Shown piece by piece: positions 9,540-17,288 of a stretch of DNA of 64,000 bases. The notes below the pieces were generated by a model that did not search any database, had not been told where the DNA came from, and was given only the letters and a program-made list of their open reading frames with translations. The position numbers and the translations under genes were made by a program. Numbering within the stretch: the stretch's first letter is position 1; each line of letters begins with the position of its first letter. The DNA is from Bacteroidota bacterium (lineage in GTDB: Bacteria; Bacteroidota; Bacteroidia; B-17B0; Aurantibacillaceae). The stretch is taken from positions 2,645 to 66,644 of the forward strand of contig JACCXH010000047.1 of NCBI GenBank assembly GCA_013697245.1, given 5' to 3'.

Positions 9540-10076
9540 TTAGTTTATTTGACTTTTGAGGGTTTTAAACAATTCTATAGCTTTTTGGCTCCCAATTCTG
9601 TATGTAAATCCATCATTATCAACTAATTCAATAAACTCCTCACCACTGGTATAAAATCGTATCACCCCCTTATTATGAAGGTTATAAACAGCCCGCCTAA
9701 GTATGTTTTTCTTATATCGGCTTTTCCGCATCGATACAATATTTTTAAGATCTATTTTTACTTTTCGGGCTGTCCAAAAGCCATCAATAATTATAAAGCC
9801 TTTAAAAACTTTTGTTTGGGTATGAAGAACATATGTTAGGCCCGTTGAAAAAACTAAAATACTAATGCCAACAATAAAAAAGATCAAGCCCGATTCACTA
9901 ACATTTTGTATTGGGTAAGAACCGATCTTTACAAACGATACCTGCACCGGTTTTGGATTTTCACTCCAATAATAAGCAATAAAACAAAACAGCGTAATTA
10001 CCGAACGAATAACGATACTCAAACGGTTATGGCCCATGTATTGTTTTTCTTCAAACAGTATTTCGTTCTTACTCAA
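9540..10076 (-). CDS. Hypothetical membrane protein, 2 TM plus possible PH-like domain
   Basis: Two hydrophobic helices followed by a basic beta-rich domain; overlaps the tilS stop. Confidence 0.65.
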   Translation of the reverse strand: MSKNEILFEEKQYMGHNRLSIVIRSVITLFCFIAYYWSENPKPVQVSFVKIGSYPIQNVSESGLIFFIVGISILVFSTGLTYVLHTQTKVFKGFIIIDGFWTARKVKIDLKNIVSMRKSRYKKNILRRAVYNLHNKGVIRFYTSGEEFIELVDNDGFTYRIGSQKAIELFKTLKSQIN

Positions 10077-11388
10077 TTAAAGTCAATTTTAAAAGTTTAT
10101 CTTTTTTGGTTTCAATTTTATAGCGGTCATCGCTGCGGCGACCTATTACCCATATAATATCGCCATTGCCATTTTCTAGTAAACGGCAATTCTCTTTTTC
10201 AAAAGCATTTAGTTTTTGATCCTTTAAAAAATCGCTTACCAGCTTAAAGCCTTTCATGCCAAAGGGTCTGAACTTATCGCCGGTTTTTCTTGCACGAATA
10301 ATAAGTGGAAAAATAAGTTTATTCTTTTCAATAACCAACTCATTATTTTCAACTCCTTTAAACTCTTTAATTTCATCGAGCTTTATAAGATTCGAACTTT
10401 TTAATTCGTTTAAAGTGTTTAGCTTTATTGTTTCAGAAACCTTATCAGACAGTGGTTTTATTAAGATCTGTTCCCTATCAACAGTTAAAGTAAAACTTGA
10501 AGTAAAAAAAAACTTTCCAGTTTCACCATTCTCTAAAAGATTAGCTTTAATATCTTTTATTTGACTTTGATTAAAACCAAAAGGCTCCAAAATAAAGTGC
10601 AGCAATGTTTGTAAGTGTTTTTCCTTTTTTAATTTGATTTTATTGATTACAATTTGCGACCCTTTTTTAGAGAGAAGTTGGTTTGCTTTCTCAACCAAAA
10701 AATCATTTACAATAGCTGCTTCTTCTTTAAAGTTGGCCACATTGTTTAAAAAAACCTGCTCAAGGTTTGGATGAAGTTTTTTCAATTTTGGTATCACGTC
10801 CAACCTTAAGAAATTGCGTTCATATTTGGTTTCTCTATTGCTTTTGTCTGTTCTATAACTGATCTTTTTTTTTTTGGCAAAAGTGCTTATTTCCTCTTTT
10901 GTGAAATTTAAAAGCGGACGCACAATGTTTCCTTTCTTCTCTGCAATTCCTTTTAAACCCTTAATGCCGGTGCCACGCAACAGATTAATAAAAACTGTTT
11001 CTACAACATCATTAGCATGATGCGCGGTTACCAAATGATCGAATTTGTTTTTTTTGGTCAGTTCGTTAAACCAATCGTACCTTAACTTACGCGCTGCCAT
11101 TTGAATGCTGAGCTTATTCTTTTTACTGAATGCTGCTGTATTAAATTGTTGTGTAAATATTTTTACGTCTAATTCTTTTGCCAATGCCTTGCAAAAATTC
11201 TCATCGGCACTACTATCTTTTGCCCTTAATTTAAAATTGCAATGTGCCAGCGCAAAATCAAAACCGGCTTTTTTAAGCAGATGCGCCAAAACAACCGAAT
11301 CTACTCCGCCACTAATAGCCACTAAGATCTTATCTTCCTTGCTAAAAAGTTGTTTTTTAAGTATGTTTGATTCAAATTTTTTTTGCAC
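10069..11388 (-). CDS. tilS: tRNA(Ile)-lysidine synthetase
   Basis: AISGGVDS PP-loop, ARKLRY, TAHHAND, and C-terminal GDKFRPFGMKG. Confidence 0.95.
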   Translation of the reverse strand: MQKKFESNILKKQLFSKEDKILVAISGGVDSVVLAHLLKKAGFDFALAHCNFKLRAKDSSADENFCKALAKELDVKIFTQQFNTAAFSKKNKLSIQMAARKLRYDWFNELTKKNKFDHLVTAHHANDVVETVFINLLRGTGIKGLKGIAEKKGNIVRPLLNFTKEEISTFAKKKKISYRTDKSNRETKYERNFLRLDVIPKLKKLHPNLEQVFLNNVANFKEEAAIVNDFLVEKANQLLSKKGSQIVINKIKLKKEKHLQTLLHFILEPFGFNQSQIKDIKANLLENGETGKFFFTSSFTLTVDREQILIKPLSDKVSETIKLNTLNELKSSNLIKLDEIKEFKGVENNELVIEKNKLIFPLIIRARKTGDKFRPFGMKGFKLVSDFLKDQKLNAFEKENCRLLENGNGDIIWVIGRRSDDRYKIETKKDKLLKLTLIE

Positions 11389-11392
11389 CTAA

Positions 11393-11400
11393 CAAAGGTA
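11393..11400 (-). promoter_or_regulatory. -7 box TACCTTTG, 4 nt before the tilS GTG
   Basis: Exact TAnnTTTG match on the minus strand. Confidence 0.55.
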
Positions 11401-11405
11401 ATAAA

Positions 11406-12014
11406 ATGACCGCACCAAAGCACGTAGTAGACGCTTCTTTAAAAATAACCGAGTATATTGATACTTTGCCAAATTGGAGTCAAAAGATCTGCAAACGCCT
11501 GCGTAGCATTATACTCAAAACCGATCCAAAACTAATTGAAGACTGGAAATGGGGTCCTAATTATTACCTCGAAGGCATGGTTTGCGGCTATGCCGGCTTT
11601 CAAAAACATGTTGGCCTTAGCTTTTTTAGAGGTGCGTTATTAAAAGATAAAAAGAAATTACTACACGCTAACCCCGGCAGTATAAATACCCGAGGTTTTA
11701 AGTTTAAGGATGTAAAAGAAATAAAAGAAGATCTTATACTGGAATATGTTATTGAGGCCATTGATCTGAACAAAAAAGGAAAAAAAGTAATTGTACCGAA
11801 AGATAGGACCGTTGAAGTAGCAATGGATATTAAAAAAGAATTTAAGTTGGCGGGTGTTTTAAGTTATTTTGAGACTCTGGCCTTTTCTCATAAAAAAGAA
11901 TATATTATATGGATCGAGGACGCCAAGAAGGAGGAGACACGCAAAAGCAGGATAGCTAAAGCCATTAGTAAATTGGGCGCTAAAGAAATGATGCACGATA
12001 AGTATAAAAAATGA
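11406..12014 (+). CDS. YdeI/OmpD-associated family protein (DUF1801 domain); start reassigned to ATG 11406
   Basis: EDWKWGPNY, FFRGALL and C-terminal KKEYIIWIEDAKKEETRKSRI motifs. The longer ORF would overlap divergent tilS. Confidence 0.8.
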   Translation: MTAPKHVVDASLKITEYIDTLPNWSQKICKRLRSIILKTDPKLIEDWKWGPNYYLEGMVCGYAGFQKHVGLSFFRGALLKDKKKLLHANPGSINTRGFKFKDVKEIKEDLILEYVIEAIDLNKKGKKVIVPKDRTVEVAMDIKKEFKLAGVLSYFETLAFSHKKEYIIWIEDAKKEETRKSRIAKAISKLGAKEMMHDKYKK

Positions 12015-12074
12015 TAAAGAAATTATCTATTCTTTATCTTTTGAATAAATTTGAATATTATTTAAGTATAAAAA

Positions 12075-13424
12075 ATGAGTAAAAGTGTTACTATAGTTGG
12101 AGCCGGTTTAGTTGGGTCCTTATTATCTATCTACCTTGCTAAAAAGGGTTACAAGATCAATGTATATGAGCGCCGTCCCGATATGCGCAAAACTACTATG
12201 TCTGCCGGCAAATCAATTAACCTGGCTTTAAGCGATCGTGGCTGGCGAGGATTGGAAGGAGTGGGTATTGCCGAAGAGATCAAAAAAATTGCCATCCCTA
12301 TGTATGGCCGTTTTATACATCATAAGGACGGTTCAAATGCTTACCAACCTTATGGTAAAGATAACCAGGCCATTTATTCGGTATCGCGCGCAGATATTAA
12401 TATGAAACTAATGGATCTTGCCGAGCAGCAACCAAATGTAAAATTCCATTTTGATAAACGTTGCACCGCTATCAATAGGCATAAATTAGAATCTTCGTTT
12501 GAAGATAACAACACTCGCAAAATTGAAACAACGCCATCCGACCTGCTTTTTGGCGCCGATGGGGCTTTTGCAGCCTCGCGATTAAACATGCAGTTAAATA
12601 ATGACCGGTTTGAATACAACCAGCATTATATTGAAAGTGGGTATAAAGAATTAATCATTCCGCCGGGCAAGAACGGCGAGTTCTTATTAGAGAAGAACGC
12701 TCTTCATATTTGGCCCCGCGGCAGTTTTATGATGATTGCGTTACCAAACCCGGACGGTAATTTTACCTGTACTTTATTTTTACCCTTTGAAGGCGAAAAG
12801 TCTTTTGCCAACCTAAAAACAAAAGAAGCGGTTAAAAAATTCTTTGATGAAGAGTTTGCAAGCGCTGTGCCTCTTATGCCAACTTTAATAGAAGATTTTA
12901 CGAATAACCCTGTTTCATCTTTAGTAACTGTAAAATGTTTTCCGTGGACCTTCGATAATAAAATTGCTTTGATAGGCGATGCGGCCCACGCCATTGTTCC
13001 ATTCTACGGCCAGGGCATGAATTGTGGTTTTGAAGATTGTGTGGTATTAAACGAATTGGTAACAAAACATAAAGATGATTGGGATAAGATCTTTCCTGAA
13101 TATCAAAGCTTGCGAAAACCCGATGCGGATGCCATTGCCGACCTTGCAGTAGGTAATTTTATTGAGATGCGCGATAAGACGGCCGACCCTAAATTCTTGC
13201 TACAGAAAAAGATCGAAGCGCAGTTCTCGCAAAAACATCCTGATAAATGGATCCCGTTATACAGCATGGTTACTTACACGCCGAGTATACGTTATAGTAA
13301 AGCTTTAAGTGAAGGCAAAAAACAACAAGCCATTATGGATAAAATTATGGCCATGCCAAATATTGAAGCTATGTGGGATTCGCAGGAAATTGAAATTGAA
13401 ATTGAAATTTTAAAACAATTATAA
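12075..13424 (+). CDS. kmo: Kynurenine 3-monooxygenase
   Basis: GAGLVG FAD motif, SINLALSDRG, NALHIWPRG and GDAAHAIVPFYGQGMNCGFED. Confidence 0.92.
   Translation: MSKSVTIVGAGLVGSLLSIYLAKKGYKINVYERRPDMRKTTMSAGKSINLALSDRGWRGLEGVGIAEEIKKIAIPMYGRFIHHKDGSNAYQPYGKDNQAIYSVSRADINMKLMDLAEQQPNVKFHFDKRCTAINRHKLESSFEDNNTRKIETTPSDLLFGADGAFAASRLNMQLNNDRFEYNQHYIESGYKELIIPPGKNGEFLLEKNALHIWPRGSFMMIALPNPDGNFTCTLFLPFEGEKSFANLKTKEAVKKFFDEEFASAVPLMPTLIEDFTNNPVSSLVTVKCFPWTFDNKIALIGDAAHAIVPFYGQGMNCGFEDCVVLNELVTKHKDDWDKIFPEYQSLRKPDADAIADLAVGNFIEMRDKTADPKFLLQKKIEAQFSQKHPDKWIPLYSMVTYTPSIRYSKALSEGKKQQAIMDKIMAMPNIEAMWDSQEIEIEIEILKQL
13386..13409 (+). repeat. (GAAATT)x4 in-frame hexamer repeat encoding EIEIEIEI at the kmo C-terminus
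   Basis: Four perfect copies seen directly. Confidence 0.9.
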
Positions 13425-13425
13425 A

Positions 13426-14076
13426 GTGGAACTGGATAATAATTTTATATACGACAATTCAATAAAACTAGGTGTATCCTTGCTATTAGGTGCTTTGATA
13501 GGTGCCGAACGCGAATACAAAGGCCGTAACATTGGTTTCAGGACGATCATTCTTATTACTTTGGGTTCTACTTTATTCACCATCCTATCTCTTATTTTAG
13601 GCACGCATTCTGATCCCGGTCGTATAGCTTCTAACATTGTAACAGGTGTTGGTTTTTTAGGTGCCGGGGCCATTTTTAGAGAAGGTGCAAGTGTAAGGGG
13701 TATGACCACCGCTTCGCTCATATGGATAAGTGCTGCCATTGGCATGTCTTGTGGTATTGCACAATACGAATTTGCAGTAATAGTAACTTTTACAACACTT
13801 TTAATATTATTGGGTTTTACAGGTGTACAAAAATTTATTGACCGTTATAACCAGGAAAAGATCTATAAAATTATTATTGCAAATGATCTTGTACTAAAAT
13901 CTGATATTGAAAAGCACATGAAAGGTAATTGTAAATTAAAGCATGAACGCATGCGACAAACAAAATCAAATAACGATCTTATTATTGAATATGAAGTAAG
14001 GGGCTCAGAATCCAGCCATGCTGCCCTTATTGATTATTTAACGACAAATGATAAGATCAAACATTTCGACGTCTAG
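13426..14076 (+). CDS. MgtC/SapB family membrane protein
   Basis: GAERE, GFRTIILITLGS, RIASNIVTGVGFLGAGAI and GMTTASLIW motifs. Confidence 0.9.
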   Translation: MELDNNFIYDNSIKLGVSLLLGALIGAEREYKGRNIGFRTIILITLGSTLFTILSLILGTHSDPGRIASNIVTGVGFLGAGAIFREGASVRGMTTASLIWISAAIGMSCGIAQYEFAVIVTFTTLLILLGFTGVQKFIDRYNQEKIYKIIIANDLVLKSDIEKHMKGNCKLKHERMRQTKSNNDLIIEYEVRGSESSHAALIDYLTTNDKIKHFDV

Positions 14077-14116
14077 TTAATTTATTGAATATCAATATAT
14101 TAAAATCAATACCGAA

Positions 14117-14150
14117 CTGTAACTTTAGTGTTGTTTGTACGTCTTACTCT
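14117..14150 (+). promoter_or_regulatory. ECF-sigma-type promoter CTGTAAC-N16-CGTCTTACTCT upstream of the ECF sigma gene
   Basis: Matches the copy at 17208-17241 in both boxes with an identical 16-nt spacer; AAC/CGT pattern typical of ECF promoters. Confidence 0.75.
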
Positions 14151-14158
14151 TAAACAAA

Positions 14159-14644
14159 TTGAATTTAGCTGAATATAATCAATGCGTAGATAACCATGCA
14201 GATGGTGTTTATCGTTTTGTATTAAAACAAATTCGCGATAAAGATATTGCAAAAGACATCGTTCAGGATTCTTTTGAGAAAATGTGGCGTAAGGTAGAAA
14301 CCATAGATGGCGCAAAAGCAAAGACGTATTTATTTACTACCGCTTACCATGCGTTAGTTGATCATATCCGGAAGAACTCTAAAAGTGCAAAAATGAACGA
14401 GGTGGATCTTAATAAACATTCACACAGCGGCCAATATTCCGACCTGAAAGAGATACTAAACCAGGGCTTGGAGCAATTACCCGAGATACAAAAAACCGTA
14501 TTGTTACTGCGCGATTATGAAGGTTATGATTATGCCGAGATAGGGTCGATAACGCAATTAACAGAGAGTCAGGTTAAAGTATATATTTTCAGGGCAAGAA
14601 CATTTTTAAAGAATTATATAGGCAAAGTGGAAACGGTTATTTAA
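14159..14644 (+). CDS. ECF RNA polymerase sigma-70 factor; start reassigned to TTG 14159
   Basis: Region 2 DIVQDSFEKMW...YLFTTAYH and region 4 LLRDYEGYDYAEI...SQVKVYIFRAR. The listed start 14135 falls inside the promoter. Confidence 0.9.
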   Translation: MNLAEYNQCVDNHADGVYRFVLKQIRDKDIAKDIVQDSFEKMWRKVETIDGAKAKTYLFTTAYHALVDHIRKNSKSAKMNEVDLNKHSHSGQYSDLKEILNQGLEQLPEIQKTVLLLRDYEGYDYAEIGSITQLTESQVKVYIFRARTFLKNYIGKVETVI

Positions 14645-15894
14645 TGGGCAAGATAAATTTACATAATTACGAAGCGTTTTTAATTGATTACCTGGATGGT
14701 AATTTAAATGAAACCGCTATTGCTGAATTAAAAGCCTTTATACTTGCCAACCCACAATTGCAGTTAGACCTTAATGATCTTGATCTACCCTCATTTACGG
14801 AAGAAGTGATACCTGTTGATTTTAAAAATGAACTTAAAAAGAATGCACCCTTTGTTGAAGATGAAGAACTGATAAATTATTTAGAGGGCAATTTGTCTGA
14901 AGTAGAAAGAAAAGTATTCGAGCTTAAGTTGCTAAATAATAAAGAATTAGCTTCTGAATTTGAAAGTTATAAAAAGGCTATTCTAAACGCTGAAAAGATT
15001 ATTTTTGATCAGAAGGCTGCTTTATACAAGGTAGAAGAAGATCTTGTTTTGAGTAACACTGTATTAGCTTATGTAGAAGGTGAGTTAACTACTGCAGAAA
15101 AACTATTGTTTGAAAAAGAACTAAAAACAAACTTTTTTCTTCAAAAAGAACTAAGTGCTTTTCAAAGAACAAAGTTAGCGGTAGATGCTTCAATTGTTTT
15201 TCCGGATAAAGAAGCATTAAAAAAAGAAACCAAAGTTATTGCCCTGTTTAGTTTTAGAACAGTAGCGTCCTTTGCCGCCGCTATTTTATTATTGATAGGC
15301 TTCGCTTTTATCTTTAACTATTATAACTCTACGCCAACTATCGCTAAACAAATAGCTAACAATAACTTTAAGATGACCTTGAATAATACTGAATATCAAA
15401 TAGTTAAAAGCGGTGATGCAACTCATAAATTAAACAAAGATTTACCATTAGATCTAAATATGATAGCTAATAACAGCAAAAATGTTGTGAAGAGCAATTC
15501 TATTAAAAAAGATGCTTTTATTGATCTGAACGAGCCAAAAACTAATTCGGTTGCTGTAAATAAACAAGAAGAAAATAAACTGGAGCTTAACAATGAGCCT
15601 AATGAAATTAAGAACGGTATTACAAATAATAATACCGTTATAGATACAACACATGTTGCAATTGCTAATAACAGTCAGCCTAAATACTCTAAACAAACCT
15701 ATTTATTGACTGAGGAGCCTGATGCAGATGATCAACCTTTAGTTAATGCACCTCAAAAAAAAGGATTTTGGCAACGTGCCGTTAAGATAGCCAAACAAGC
15801 CAATAGATTGGGCGTAAAGGCTATTGATGGCGAAGAGACTTTGGGTAAAAACTATTCTCTTTCCTTTAATGCATTTAGCGTAGAAAAAAAGTGA
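14644..15894 (+). CDS. Putative membrane anti-sigma factor with three tandem N-terminal repeats
   Basis: Coupled to the sigma gene (TAATG overlap); three Y(L/V)(D/E)G(N/E)L repeats, one TM helix at about aa 206-224, then an Asn-rich linker. Confidence 0.75.
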   Translation: MGKINLHNYEAFLIDYLDGNLNETAIAELKAFILANPQLQLDLNDLDLPSFTEEVIPVDFKNELKKNAPFVEDEELINYLEGNLSEVERKVFELKLLNNKELASEFESYKKAILNAEKIIFDQKAALYKVEEDLVLSNTVLAYVEGELTTAEKLLFEKELKTNFFLQKELSAFQRTKLAVDASIVFPDKEALKKETKVIALFSFRTVASFAAAILLLIGFAFIFNYYNSTPTIAKQIANNNFKMTLNNTEYQIVKSGDATHKLNKDLPLDLNMIANNSKNVVKSNSIKKDAFIDLNEPKTNSVAVNKQEENKLELNNEPNEIKNGITNNNTVIDTTHVAIANNSQPKYSKQTYLLTEEPDADDQPLVNAPQKKGFWQRAVKIAKQANRLGVKAIDGEETLGKNYSLSFNAFSVEKK

Positions 15895-16455
15895 TCAGGA
15901 ACTGACCCTTAAATTTCGGAGTTTCTTCAATTTTTTAAAGTGAGAAGGCGTTAAACCGGTTGCCTTTTTAAATTGAGATGACATATGGGAAACATTATTG
16001 TACCTCAATTTATGAGAGATCTCTGTCAGGCTCAGATCACTAAAAAGAATAAGCTCTTTTATTTTTTCGGCCTTTTTTAAAATAATGTATTGTTCAATAG
16101 TAGTGGCTTGGGTCTCAGAAAAAAGGTTGGACATATAGTTGTAATCATAACCTAGTTTTTCTTTTAGGTAAACAGAAAATTTCACCTTTGGCCAGCTCTC
16201 GGGTTTCTCAATTAATTCGTTTATTATGATCTTTATTTTTTCTGTAAGTATTCCTTGTTTGTTTTCCTGGATCTCTAATCCGGACTTTTTTATGGCATTA
16301 TTGAGTTTCTGTTTTTTTTCCACGCTTAAATTTTGTTTTATGTCCGCTTCACCATAAGTAACGCTGGTATATTGAACATTAAGTTTATTTAGTTCAGTTT
16401 TTACAACTGTTATACAGCTTTGACAAGCCATATTCTTAATGTAGATCTTCGTCAT
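15895..16455 (-). CDS. AraC-family regulator with N-terminal HMA-like CxxC domain
   Basis: IKNMACQSC metal motif; YNYMSNLFS and LSLTEI...NVSHMSSQFKKATGLTPS HTH. Start taken at MTKIYIKN. Confidence 0.85.
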   Translation of the reverse strand: MTKIYIKNMACQSCITVVKTELNKLNVQYTSVTYGEADIKQNLSVEKKQKLNNAIKKSGLEIQENKQGILTEKIKIIINELIEKPESWPKVKFSVYLKEKLGYDYNYMSNLFSETQATTIEQYIILKKAEKIKELILFSDLSLTEISHKLRYNNVSHMSSQFKKATGLTPSHFKKLKKLRNLRVSS

Positions 16456-16590
16456 AGATAACGGTATAAACAAATGTGAGGAATATTAACAACAATAAAT
16501 TATAAAATTGCTTTAAAAATTTATAAGATTTACTGTTTTATTTTATGTGCAAAAAAGCGTTTTAAAAATTTATATAATTTACAGATTTTT

Positions 16591-17022
16591 TTACAATGTT
16601 GATAAAAAGGATGCCAAGTGTTTTTCTATACTAGTTGTATCAGCACTTAAATAATAATTCCTTAAAATATTTCTACTATAAATTAAAACATATTTTATCT
16701 TAATGTTTTTTACGTTTGTACTTATAGATTTGTTTGCTGTAAATTCTATTTCACTTTTAATTTCTTTTCCTTTTACTTTTCCATAAATATAAATGCAACT
16801 TTTTCCAGTACTAAAATCGCAAATAAATATTTTTAGCCTACCTTCATCTATGGCCAGGTTGTTATACCTTAGCTCAAGTTTTCCATTATTTTCCGCAACA
16901 ATCTCGTCGGTTTTGGCAATAATTGTTTCTTTAATTTCCGGAGGCGATATTACTAGGTCAAGTTCATAATCAACAAAATTCAATAGTTTTCCATTTTTTT
17001 GCGGCAATTCAAGAGTTCCCAT
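16591..17022 (-). CDS. Hypothetical protein with no recognised family
   Basis: AT-rich ORF; likely ATG at 17022 (MGTLELPQ...). Confidence 0.5.
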   Translation of the reverse strand: MGTLELPQKNGKLLNFVDYELDLVISPPEIKETIIAKTDEIVAENNGKLELRYNNLAIDEGRLKIFICDFSTGKSCIYIYGKVKGKEIKSEIEFTANKSISTNVKNIKIKYVLIYSRNILRNYYLSADTTSIEKHLASFLSTL

Positions 17023-17207
17023 TTTTGTAATTTTTAGCTGCAAATAGTTTTCTGCAAGTTTTATTCCACACAGCAATTTCAGTAAATTCTACAATTTTTT
17101 AAGAATAAATTTAATAATAAAGAGGAAAAAAAAGTCCTTTTTGAGGAATTTTGTGGACATTTTGTAAAATTTACTGTTTTTAGTGCCGTATAAATATTTT
17201 TTAGTAC

Positions 17208-17241
17208 CTGTAACTTTTTAAGTTGTCTTGCGTCTTACTCT
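17208..17241 (+). promoter_or_regulatory. Second copy of the ECF-type promoter CTGTAAC-N16-CGTCTTACTCT
   Basis: Matches 14117-14150; lies 47 nt upstream of ATG 17289. Confidence 0.75.
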
Positions 17242-17288
17242 CAAATAACAACAAAAGCGCTTTAAACTATAAAATTAAAAAATACAAT

